Shown: one piece after another, positions 14,091 through 25,078 of the stretch
How the letters are laid out: every line of letters starts with the position of its first letter
How positions within the stretch are numbered: the stretch's first letter is position 1
From: Eledone cirrhosa
Taxonomy: Eukaryota
Direction: 5' to 3'
Length of the DNA stretch: 64,000 nucleotides
Assembly: GCA_964016885.1 (NCBI GenBank)
Contig: OZ024750.1
Coordinates: 16,554,001 to 16,618,000, forward strand
The notes under the pieces: generated by a model
The model's input: the letters and a program-made list of their open reading frames with translations, nothing else
What the model was told of the DNA's origin: nothing
Database searches by the model: none
Position numbers and translations under genes: made by a program

Positions 14091-15049
14091 CACTGTTCTG
14101 ATGGTATAACTTCCCTTTCAATGTAGCAGTGAGCCTGAGATGTACCTTCTGCATAAGTGTTCACTCTATTCTTTAGGGTAGTTAATTGTAAAAGAGACTG
14201 TCATATATCTAAATGTAGCAGTAAGCCAATAATATAGACCTTTGACATAATATGTTCATTCTACTCTCTCCAATCCACGGCCTTCTCACTCTTGTTGGAG
14301 GAACCCTTCCCTAGTTGACCTCCACCACTTTCTGGTTAATTTTGGCCATGGTCAGAGGTCTAACCATACTCACTAGGCTTGGCCAATTGCTGTTTTGTGA
14401 GGCTATTTAATTCATAGTCGGGGTGGATGGTTGTTGACTCTCAGGAGTTAATTTGCCCTTTTAACAGCCCTTGTTTTTTTTGTACTGCTGGGGTTCCACT
14501 TACCCTCCTCACCAAACTAGGAGATGGTGGGGGAGCCAGTTTAGTTGCCAACCACTTGACCATAAAGCAAATTGTACTGGGTTACATGGTATCAGTAGCA
14601 GGCAGAAGCCTGACCTGACCAAGGGCACCTAAATTAAAACAAACCACCATATTTGAAATGTTGTCGTCCCAACGTTAATAACTATAACAGTCAATCACTA
14701 TAAATAATAGTTGAGAAAATTTCATCTCCAGGAATACTTTATCCAATTTTCTCAACTATTACTTATAGTGATTCACTGTTATTGGATTGGCAGTATCGGT
14801 AGAGCATCAGACACCAGGATTTGCAGCATAGAGTTATGGCTCTTTACTTTCTGAGTTCAAATCCTGCTGAGTTTAACTTTGCTTTTCATCCTTACGGTGT
14901 CGATAAAATAAAGTACCAGTAATACACTGAGGTAATTGCTGGCCTTGTGTCAAAAGTAGAAACAATTATAGTCAGTTGTACATTGGGATAGTGATTGAAT
15001 AAAATTTTCTTAAGTCAATTGGATGTTTAGAACGTCATATACTTCAGTA

Positions 15050-15252
15050 CACGAGTAGGCTGAAAATTTCATAGGCTGACCAAGATACTCTCATGGAATG
15101 ACCAAATGAGGGTTTTTTTTCTTCTCAACATAATTCCTGAAAAGAAACAATGCATTTATTAATAATAAGAATTGAAATGAATGCATGCAAGATTTCACAA
15201 CCCTAGCATCATTCCTTTATAGTCAGACTATGAACTTTTCACGCAACCCTTG
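15050..15252. mobile_element. Mariner-type MITE
   Basis: TA|CACGAGTAGGCTGAAAATTTCATAGGCTGAC ... GTCAGACTATGAACTTTTCACGCAACCCTTG|TA. Confidence 0.65.
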
Positions 15253-15860
15253 TATTATAGGCAATAATTATCTTGATTATTTTCAAAATGATTTTAAAAC
15301 CATAGGCAATATATTTCTTTAGAAATATGTATAGTAATGAAAGGTTTGAAATGCTTATATTTATAATAACAATAATAATTGTTTCTACTTTTGGCACAAG
15401 GCCAGCAAATACCCAGTACATTACTGGTACTTTATTTTATCGACCCCGTAAGGATGAAAAGCAAAGTTAACCTCGGCGGGATTTGAACTCAGACCATAAA
15501 GGGCCGTAACTTTTTGCTGCAAAGCATGACGTCTGACCCTCTACCGATACTGCCAATCCACCGGTGAAATTATTGTGAACAGTGCTTAGGTGCACTACAA
15601 CTCATCAAAGGTGCATGTATAGTACATAAAACCGTTTCATCATAATTCTATGTAAGAATATTTTGTGGGTTACGTTCCAAACACCAATTTAATAATGTGG
15701 AAGTTAGTTATATTACTAAATATCTCTCTAAATTCTTGATTATTTTCATTACAAATATGTTATATTTTGTAGCTCTAATGAAAACTGTTACCTGACCAGA
15801 AGCCGCTAAATAGACAATGAAAATCTGATTCGGTGTTTAGTACAAATTCTGCTGGATGCC

Positions 15861-16130
15861 ATGATTCTAAGTGTGGTCTATTACCTAAATGCCATCGTGC
15901 GTTGGTGTATCGACAGACGGCGGAGCCAGATGTATCTCAGGGAGATTGGAAAGACTTTAAAAAAATCTAGTGTCTTGTTCCAGCAAGTAAAACATGTAGG
16001 GGAAGTAACTGAGGCTTTAACCGCCATCCAACAGCAGTTATCGCCCTTCTTAAAAAATGTTCTGGATACCCGGTTTTCTGCTCGTTTGGTCCAAGATACT
16101 CACCTCCATATGATGTCAATCCACCCTGAG
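15861..16130 (+). CDS. HLCS: Holocarboxylase synthetase (biotin--protein ligase), coding exon 1
   Basis: GCCATG start; MILSVVYYLNAIVRW...HPE then GAG|GTAAGT donor, phase 0. Resembles the N-terminus of the long HLCS isoform as I recall it (MLITLCYLYLWARW-like). Probable acceptor TTTTGTAG| at 15772. Confidence 0.8.
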
Positions 16131-16944
16131 GTAAGTGGAGCAGCTTTCTTGTTTTAAACAGTATTTCTTAAAATCTCTTACTTATTTCACTCATTAGACT
16201 GCGGTCAGTAATTATTTTTGACAGTAAATATAAACAAGCACACACTCATGAGTGACAGATGTCTGTAGTTTCCATTTACTAAATTTCATTCACAAAGCTT
16301 TGGTCCACTCGAAGATGTAGTAAAAGACACATGTTCAAGGTACCATGTTGTAGGACTAAACTAGAAACCACATGTTTGCGAAGCGAACTTCTTGGCTGTG
16401 ACTATTATTTTTAGTAGGTGAAGGGACCGCATAGATTCTCTCTTACTGGTCCACAAAACATCCAGCTACACTGTAAATCGATCGTGTAGGTGTCACGACA
16501 AAAGGCAGCCAGCCCACACTGTAAAGTGGTCGTGTAGGTGTCACGACAAAAGGCAGCCAGCCCATACTGTAAAGTGGCAGTGTAGGTGTCATGACAAAAA
16601 ACACCCAGTCCACACTGTAAAGTGGTCATGTAGGTGTCATGACAAAAAGCACCCAGCCCACACTGTAAAGAGGTTGTGTAGGAGACACGGCAAAAAGCAG
16701 CCAGCACACACTGTAAATGTGGTTCGTGCTAGGAAGGGTCTCCAGCCATAGAAAACGAGCCAGAAACATTCCTATATGAGCGGGACACGGGCACTTGACC
16801 CAACTTACCTCTAAATGGAACAAACCTGTCTAACCCATGCTAGCATGAAAGATAGATGTTAAACGACGATGATGACGATGATGATGGTCCATCACTAATG
16901 TTGCTGCTGGTGTTGAATGAGAGATATTATTGTTTATGTTATAG

Positions 16945-17112
16945 GTGACAGTTAACTTGAAAGAATGGCACCTTTATCGAGATGTCTCAAAAGAAGACAT
17001 CCAGTCTTTTCCGTGTGATGTCTTGACAGTCCTGCTAGAAGCCGGTATCACACATGTAACCTCACCTGTTGATAACCCAGAAGAAACTTCAACAGACAAG
17101 GAGTGGGTACAG
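16945..17112 (+). CDS. HLCS: HLCS coding exon 2
   Basis: TTATAG|GTG...CAG|GTAAAC; 168 nt, phase 0-0; VTVNLKEWHLY...LLEAG...EWVQ. Confidence 0.8.
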
Positions 17113-17242
17113 GTAAACATTTGTTCAGATTTTAAACTTTAATTAACACCCTATATCACATCATATTTTATGAGTGTGTCTGCTTTTCTTATTACATAAT
17201 AATAAATTAACAACTATGCATACACAGCATTATTTTATACAT

Positions 17243-17432
17243 AAGGGTGGTGAATTGGCAGTATCGGTAGAGGGTCGGACGCCATGCTTTCCAGCATAGT
17301 TACGTCCCTTTACGATCTGAGTTCAAATCCCGCCGAGGTTGACTTTGCCTTTCATCCTTACGGGGTCGATAAAATAAAGTACCAGTAATGCACTGGGTAA
17401 TTGCTGGCCTTGTGCCTAAAGTAGAAACAATT
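17243..17432 (+). mobile_element. tRNA-derived SINE family A (more than 20 copies in the window)
   Basis: A-box TGGCAGTATCGG, B-box GAGTTCAAATCC, central GCCTTTCATCCTTACGGGGTCGATAAAAT (Deu/Nin-like, by inference), (ATT)n tail. Other copies about 5925-6370(-), 7315-7505, 14783-14970, 15375-15565(-), 17457-17850, 19620-20375, 23312-23490, 34670-34960, 50610-51505, 55255-55822(-), 61500-61655, 63930-64000(-). Confidence 0.9.
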
Positions 17433-17936
17433 ATTTTATACATAAGTACACAACATTGGTGGATTGGCAGTATTGGTAAAGGGTCGGACATCATGCTTTG
17501 CAGCATAAAGTTACGGCCCTTTATGATCTGAGTTCAAATCCCGCCGAGGTTAACTTTGCCTTTCATCCTTACAGGGTCGATAAAATAAAGTACCAGTTAC
17601 GCCCTGGGGTCGATTTAATCGACTTTCCCTTCCCCCTAAATTGCTGGCCTTGTGCCTATATAAGAAACATTATTTTAACATAATTGGCTACATTTCAATA
17701 AATAACAAAAGGCGGTGGATTGGCAGTATCGGTAGAGAGTCGGACGTCTTGCTTTGTAGTATGGAGTTACGGCCCTTTATGGTCTGAGTTCAAATCCCGC
17801 CGCAGTTAACTTTGCCTTTCATCTTTACGAGGTCAATAAAATAAAGTGTATTTCATTAGAAATACAGCTATGGAAGAGTTAAACAACAATAACAATCAGC
17901 ACAATTTCTATTTGAATATTTCATATATTTCTCCAG

Positions 17937-18087
17937 ATCCAGGATTATGGTAGAACTCTAGCATGGAAACCAGGAATACCATGTTCTATATTAATGTCTT
18001 GTAATCTCAGTAATCTCCTGAAGATTGGACTTGCTCTCACAAATGGCAAATTAAGGTTCCAGGAATTAACAGTGGAATCTATTTTAT
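17937..18087 (+). CDS. HLCS: HLCS coding exon 3
   Basis: TTTCTCCAG|ATC...TTAT|GTGAGT; 151 nt, phase 0-1; IQDYGRTLAWKPGIPCSILMSCNLSNLLKIGLALTNGKLRFQELTVESIL, matching by eye the vertebrate LACRPGDP...FSKLGVAF segment. Not in the ORF track. Confidence 0.85.
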
Positions 18088-18219
18088 GTGAGTACTTTCT
18101 TTATTTTTCTTTGTTTCTACCCTCTTATTCAGAAAACCTTTGATAGTGTGTATCTGTGCCTGTTTGAATGTATCTAGAGTATGTGTATGTGTGCATGCAT
18201 ATATATATGTATGTATGTA

Positions 18220-18250
<31 letters not shown>

Positions 18251-18684
18251 ATGCATGCATGCACATACTTTAGACACATTCAAACAGATTCAGATCAGAT
18301 TAAACTGAATACTGTCTAACAACAGTTTTGAATTTAAATATACTTTCCTATTTATATTTAGTTACTGGTATGGCATGGACCCATAATTCCCGAGGGAGTC
18401 ATAGGGCCACTATATTGACATATGGCATTTATTAGGGCATTTTAAAACCTGGTGGAGCCCATCCCCTCCCCAGGCCTGAGTACAGCATATTTCCTGCAGA
18501 GAAGGATTGAGAGTGAAAGAGAGAGATATAGTTGAAGAATTGACCCCAGTACTAGACTGGTAACTTTTTTAAATACTGTATAAGGCTAAACTAAAATAAC
18601 CTAGTGTTGAAATTAAATTCATATGTCCTTATTTTTGATGTTAATGTTATTTTGTTCTTCTCTTTTCTCTTTTTCTATGTTCAG

Positions 18685-19475
18685 CAATAAATGTCGAAGG
18701 GTGTGGTTCCACATTAATACTTCCCCCTGCAGTGAAAGATAATTTAAAACGCTACAGCATTGGAAGTGAAAATAGCATCGATGACCAAGATTCTTGTTGT
18801 TGTCACTCAAATGAAGCTTTAGCATCACCCTGTGCAAGTGAGAATCATTCAGATGAAGATCTCCTACTTGACAGCGATTCCGAGATGGCTGCAGGAGATG
18901 TCAAGTATGAAAAGATGGAAGCAGACGAAGCCAAGGTCGATTTGGAATTTCAAACATCTGCTAATATCGCTCTGAAGCCCCCTAACATTCTTGTGTACTG
19001 TGGCAAAAAGGACTCTAAGCGAAAATTCGAATCATTAAAATCGATGCTTGAGAAATGTTTAAGTTCTGACTGCTATGCAATATATCACTTACAACACAAT
19101 CAGGTCAACAGTGCCCCATGGATGGATAACACAGTATTGTTGGTTATCGCATGCGAAAGGCTCTATGATGACATTGATCATTCGATATATAGCTATTTTG
19201 AGAAAGGAGGGAAGTTGATGAGTCTATCAAGCAACATAGATTCCATGTTCCTTGCGAAGGAATCAGTGCGTCGTTCTATTGACTTGGTGAATGTTTCTTG
19301 TCACCATTGGAACAACATACCAATGATGGTTGGGCGTTGCATCTACTCAAATACTTTAAAATCCTCCAATTTCAATTGTACAGTTTTAGCATCAGAAAGT
19401 TCCAGTCAAAACTCTCTAATAGTTAAAGTAGAATCTCCAGCAGATCTTGATCAAGGAATTGCAGTTTTATCACAG
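18685..19475 (+). CDS. HLCS: HLCS coding exon 4 (acidic linker and BPL N-terminal domain)
   Basis: TGTTCAG|CA...CAG|GTAAGC; 791 nt, phase 1-0; contains KPPNILVY, YAIYHL, APWMDNTVLLVI, YFEKGGKLMS and GIAVLSQ, typical of animal HLCS. Confidence 0.95.
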
Positions 19476-19793
19476 GTAAGCTGATCCTAAGTTCTTGAAT
19501 TTTGTTAATTTCTTTCTTGAGTGGTAGATACCATGTATTGCTCAATCACAAAGTATTGGTTAGCCCGAGACGAGAGAAGAAAGCACCTGCCCAACAGGTG
19601 TAGGCATGGCTATGTGGTTAAGGAGTTAATTTCAACTGGTGTTGATTTAATCAGCTTTCCCTTCCCCCAAAATTGCTGGCTTTGTTGTGCCTAATTCAGA
19701 AATCATTATAAAGTACCAGTAATGCACTGGGTAATTGCTGGCCTTGTGCCAAAAGTAGAAACAATTATTATTATTATTGTTGTTTATTTGTAG

Positions 19794-19940
19794 GTATACT
19801 TTGATACGGACCATTGCAATAAACCAAGTGAAGACTTTATTGAGATTCTCTGCCATTTGTTGTCCACCCATTTAGGATTAGAGTGTTCCAGTCAAGATCT
19901 TCCTCACCTCACCCCTGCCAAACTTTTCACTAAAACCAAG
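19794..19940 (+). CDS. HLCS: HLCS coding exon 5
   Basis: TTTGTAG|GTA...AAG|GTAGAG; 147 nt, phase 0-0; ...EILCHLLSTHLGLECSSQDLPHLTPAKL (cf. LGLSC...PALTP). Confidence 0.9.
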
Positions 19941-20422
19941 GTAGAGTTGCTGCTATTTACAACATTCATATTGGTCATGTTTTATTTCCCTGCGGTCTAC
20001 TTTGTCTTTCATTCTTCTGGAGTCAATAAATATAGTAGTAGTCCAATACTGGAGGAATTCTTTCCTCTATTTCAGTCACACGCTCTCAGAAATCAGGTGT
20101 ATTTGAACTTGATAAAGGATAGATATTACCTCCCCTTCAAATTGCTGGCCTTGTGCCTAAAGTAGAAACAATTATTATTATTATTATTAAGACGAAGACC
20201 TAGCAGTATTTCTTCCAGCTCTTTACATTTTGAGTTCAAATAACGCTGAGGTCAACTTTGCTTTTCATCTTCTTGAAGTTGATAAAATAAAGTACCAGTC
20301 AAATGCTGGGGGTTGATATAATCGGCTTTCATCTTCTCCTAAATTACTGTCCTTGTGCCTAAATCTAAAACTATTATTATTATTATTGTTATTAATGTTT
20401 TGTTTTTCTTTGTTGGTGTTAG

Positions 20423-20694
20423 GTTGTGGAGAAACAGCTGCTAGAGAGTCTTGCCTCTCGTCTAAAAGATGGAACCTTGAAGTCTTCGGAAGTATCGTTA
20501 ACATTTGTCCGTAATCTAGAAGTTCTGAACTCGACTGCAAGTATTGTAAACCTTCCTGTAGTGACCAGTGATGACACATACCATCCACGATATTTCAATG
20601 CCAAGAAATACTGGGAAAACCATCATGCTACTGTGTTGGGCAATGCTGTGTTCTTTATTGAGGTTGTACCAACTACTATGCCACTACTTAATCA
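20423..20694 (+). CDS. HLCS: HLCS coding exon 6
   Basis: GTGTTAG|GTT...AATCA|GTAAGT; 272 nt, phase 0-2; LPVVT...FNAKKYWENHHATVLGNAVFFIEVVPTTMPLL. Confidence 0.95.
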
Positions 20695-21394
20695 GTAAGT
20701 ACAACTACAACAACATTCTATTGTTGATACAAGGCCAAAATATGGAATATATGAGCAAGACGTGGTTCTCTAACCCATATAGTCTTCGATTGTGACACTC
20801 CAACACATACCAGTGTGGTAAACAGACATAAAATGATGATTAAGCTTAAAATATTTTGAAACAGTTTAAGCTTAACGATTGAGCTTACATATAATGAATG
20901 ATATCTTAACTCTACTTTCATTAAAGTATCTAATACCAAGTTAAATAATGGTTATGTCATTTAACTTGTAACATCTTTATATATATATCATCATCATCAT
21001 CATCATCATCAACGTTTAACGTCCGTGTTCCACGCTTGCATGGGTTTGGACGGGGGTAGTCCCACTTGAGGCAAGAGTGATTGTCTTGCTCGCATAGGAC
21101 TGTCTGGCAGGTTTTCTACAGTTGGATGCCCTTCCTAACACCAACCACATTTACAGTGTGGGTCTGGGAGGTTTTTACCGTGTTGCCTACACGGCCACAT
21201 TACAGCGTGGACTGTGTGTTTTTTTTGTCGTGACACCTACACGATCTCATTTGTTTCGGCCTGGATGGCGCGGCACCAACATAACTTTACATAGAACGGG
21301 GTGGTGTGGATGGGGTGGAGGTGGTGGTGGTGGGACGGGGTGTATTTTGTTAGAGATGCCTACTGGCTGGAGTAGGTTTTACTATATATTTAGG

Positions 21395-21673
21395 TAAGGC
21401 GGGTCTTCTCTGTTACTGAGTACCGCCAAAGGTCTCGGTCCAGTGACATTGTCTTGGAGAGGTGTAAGTGTGTGATGTCGGAGTTTATCAGCTCGTCCCA
21501 GGTTTTTCTAGGTCTGCCTATTCCGTGACTACCGTCTATCTTTATTGCCCTGCACTTTGTTATACAGCTATCGACTTTCATGCGCATCACGTGTCCATAC
21601 CAACGTAGCCTTCTCTCGAGTAAACAACATCTGATCCCTCTTATCTCTAATTTTTTTCCTTAGTTCGTTTATG

Positions 21674-21675
<2 letters not shown>
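21395..21675 (-). mobile_element. RTE LINE 3' fragment
   Basis: RWYGHVMRM...GRPRKTWDE...DRDLWR. Confidence 0.85.
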
Positions 21676-21717
<42 letters not shown>

Positions 21718-21992
21718 AGGGGGTGTAACTTGGAGTTACTGCAGGTTCACCCGGGAGAGCACTTGATGTTTAGGTTCACTTCAGTGTCGAGGTGTAGAGC
21801 TATACAGAGTGTAATATATTGAAAGGATAACAAGGACGATTGGTAGGTGACGCGCGGTTCGCCACTGATCAGCTCAAGGTTCGATCTGTATCGATCCTAT
21901 ATATATATATATATATATATATTTCACCATTTTCTTTCTTACTCTTGTCTGTCTTTCTTTTTCTTTCTTTTCCTAACATCTCTCTCTTTCCA

Positions 21993-22028
21993 TCTTCTGA
22001 TGAAAGACTAGCATCTGAAACATTAAGA
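21993..22028 (+). ncRNA. Minimal hammerhead motif, slightly decayed
   Basis: TCTT CTGATGA A AGA-CTAGCA-TCT GAA ACAT T AAGA. Related decayed copies at 24564-24600(+), 28940-28975(-) and 46732-46767(-) have ACGT in helix III. Confidence 0.6.
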
Positions 22029-22086
22029 GTTTTTTCTAACTATATCAAGCATTATTCCCCTGTGCTGTTTTTCTATGTTGGCATTA

Positions 22087-22118
<32 letters not shown>

Positions 22119-22366
22119 ATGTTTCATATTTTTGGCTGGGTTTTTCCGGCTTATGACCAACCACTTTACAGTGTGGACTGGGTGCATTATTTGTGCCACC
22201 AGCACTAGAAAGGATGTCTTACTGAACTCATTAGTCATCTCCATCCTGTATCAGTTTTTATTTGGAGTGTCTACTCTCCTAGACAGGTTGCCTTCATTAC
22301 AACTTACAGAGCCTACATCTGTCCCATTAATATATATATATAAATTGAATATTTTTTTTTTGTCAG

Positions 22367-22434
22367 GATGTTGATCTCTGTGCCCAAATCTGTTGGGTTA
22401 ATTGCAATAGCTGGCCGACAAACATCTGGCAAAG
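22367..22434 (+). CDS. HLCS: HLCS coding exon 7
   Basis: T-run GTCAG|G...AAAG|GTCAGT; 68 nt, phase 2-1; MLISVPKSVGLIAIAGRQTSGK(G), the start of the biotin-binding QTxGxGR motif. Confidence 0.95.
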
Positions 22435-22679
22435 GTCAGTGATTTTCTTTGTTTTTTAAAAATCTTTTTCTTCTAAATAACCTTCTTCTTCCTCTAAAAC
22501 TACCTCTAAAAATACTAGTTTCTTAAAAGAATATTGCTTTATGGTCATCTGACTTGGTTTCTATGGCTGGATGCCCATCCTCATGTCAACCACATTAATA
22601 TGGATATCAGGTGTGTTTTATTGTGGTGCTGCCTCTACCATCTGACAAGGTTGTTGGGGTGTTTTTTTTTATCATGCCA

Positions 22680-23020
22680 CCAGCACAACCACTTTACAGA
22701 GTGGGCCGTGTGCATTTTACCGTGGCACAAGCACAACTATTTTACCGTGGCACAAGCACAACTATTTTACAGAATGGGCTGTGTGCATTTTACCGTGGCA
22801 CAAGCACAACTATTTTACAGAGTGGGCTGTGTGCATTTTACCGTGGCACAAGCACAACTATTTTACAGAGTGGGTCGTGTGCATTTTACCGTGGCACAAG
22901 CACAACTATTTTACAGAATGGGCCTTGTGCATTTTACTGTGGCACAAGCACTACCACTTTACAGAGTGAGCCGTGTGTATTTTACCATAGCACAAGCACC
23001 ACCACTTTACAGAGTGGGCT
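22680..23020. repeat. 48-bp tandem repeat derived from SINE internal sequence
   Basis: TTTTACAGAGTGGGCTGTGTGCATTTTACCGTGGCACAAGCACAACTA, period 48; a comparable 48-bp array lies at 16465-16720 in the opposite orientation. Confidence 0.85.
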
Positions 23021-23069
23021 GATTGTATATTATTCTAATATATTTATATTTCATTTCCTTACTGTATAG

Positions 23070-23230
23070 GTCGTGGAGGTAATCAATGGTTGAGTCCTGT
23101 GGGATGTGCTATGTTTACATTACATGTTCAACTAGATCGTAATTCCATACTTGGGAACAACCCCGTCTTTCTACAACACATTGTAACAGTGTCTGCAGTA
23201 CGTAGTGTACGCACTCTGCCTGGATATGAG
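23070..23230 (+). CDS. HLCS: HLCS coding exon 8
   Basis: TATAG|GT...GAG|GTTGGT; 161 nt, phase 1-0; GRGGNQWLSPVGCAMFT...FLQHIV, the BPL catalytic GRGGNxWxSP motif. Confidence 0.97.
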
Positions 23231-24378
23231 GTTGGTATCTACAAACAACTCTCTCTCTTTATATATATATATATATAACATACTTGTCTCGCTTACTATA
23301 CATCATCATTATTGTGGATTGGCAGTATCGGTAGAGGGTCGGACGCCATGCTTTCCAGCATAGTTACGTCCCTTTACGATCTGAGTTCAAATCCCGCCGA
23401 GGTTGACTTTGCCTTTCATCCTTACGGGGTCGATAAAATAAAGTACCAGTAATGCACTGGCCTTGTGCCTAAAGTAGAAACAATTATTGTTTAAATCCAT
23501 TTTCTCTGCCAGAAAGTGTTCGACATGTCATCACAAACTGGTCAGTACTTTCAAGTGGAGTCAATGGCATCAAGGCCGGCTGGAGGAGGGTGGTCACAAA
23601 TCCTGTTTAGATACATTCCTGTTCTCAATTGGAGCATCAATTGCTCCACTGGACCAGGGGCCTGAGATATGATCCTGCACTATTTGTATATTTATATATT
23701 TATATACTAACAGTAACTTGCATTGCTGAAACATCATAAACTAATTTGTAAGAAACTGAATATATATAGAATTATACTTTGGGAGGGTCATGTTGCCAAT
23801 AAGAAACACACGCACCAGTTGCTTTCACTTCAATTTATTGCTAAACAAATTCAGAAACTGAATATATATAGAATTATGTATAAACGTTTGAATCATCATC
23901 ATCATCATCATCATCATCAACGTTTAACGTCCGTGTTCCACGCTTGCATGGGTTTGGACGGGGGTTTTCCCACTTGAGGCAAGAGTGGTTGTCTTGCTCG
24001 CATAGGACTGTCTGGCGGGTTTTCTACGGTTGGATGCCCTTCCTAACACCAACCACATTTACAGTGTGGGGCTGGGAGGTTTTTACCGTGTTGCCTACAC
24101 GGCCACATTTACAGCGTGGACTGTCTGGCGGGTTTTCTACGGCTGGATGCCCTTCCTAACACCAACCACATTTACAGTGTGGGGCTGGGAGGTTTTTACC
24201 GTGTTGCCTACACGGCCACATTTACAGTGTGGACTGTGTTTTTTTGTCGTGACACCTACATGTTTGAATATGTATAATAAAGCCAAAACAATGCAGGTAT
24301 GGACATAGAAAAAAAAGAATGCAATTGCAAAAGATATTGTTGACAATTCGTCTTTTACCTTAGATTTATTTTAAACGT

Positions 24379-24413
24379 CCTTAATTTTCGAGATAATATC
24401 TCTTCTTCAGAGG
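24379..24413 (-). ncRNA. Minimal hammerhead motif
   Basis: Minus strand: CCT CTGAAGA A GAGAT-ATT-ATCTC GAA AATT A AGG; palindromic AATT helix III, short helix I. Confidence 0.55.
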
Positions 24414-24729
24414 GAAATAAAGGTCTCAAACCAGCGTTCTAAATATCTTGCCAAGCCATGCTGCCAGGAAATAGTATAGAATTATATATATATTCTATTA
24501 TTGATATTGAGTTCTGCCTTCCTTATAGATCATTACATCTGAACATTATATATCTATATTCTTTCTTCAGATGGAGGACCAGCGTCCGAAACGTTAATAC
24601 CCTCTTCCTGCTATTTCAAGTGTTAAACTAATATATTCCCTCCATATACTGTACCGTTTGTGTTGTTATTTCTGTTTACCTTTTACATGCACACACACAC
24701 ACACACACATATATACATATATATATATA

Positions 24730-25078
24730 TGTTGGATGTGCAGTGTAAATGTGCGTGAACGACCCAGCATGAATGTGTTGAGAGAGAAACTGTGTCTGAG
24801 AGGGATAGAATGTAGTGTACGGGAGAGGAGACTGAGGTGGTATGGACATGTGATGCGCATGGAGGATGACCGATGGGTGAAGAAGTGCCAGTTGAAGGAA
24901 GACGTGGTAGAGGTAGACCACGAAAAACATGGGCGGAGGTGGTGAGAACAGACCTCAGATCATTGAAGCTCACGGTGGAGATGACGAAGGACCATGACGA
25001 GTGGAGAGATGCTGTGCTGAATAAGACCCGTCCCACCCTTGCAAGCAGGGAAAAGCGGACGTAAAATGATGATGATGA
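24730..25078 (+). mobile_element. RTE LINE 3' end with (GAT)n tail
   Basis: LREKL...RRLRWYGHVMRMEDD; GRGRPRKTWAEVV...WRDAV; ends GAAAAGCGGACGTAAAATGATGATG. Shorter copy at 27545-27697. Confidence 0.9.

Noticed and set aside
17243-17335. tRNA-like A/B boxes
   Set aside because: These are SINE heads: no cloverleaf, and they continue into SINE body and tail.
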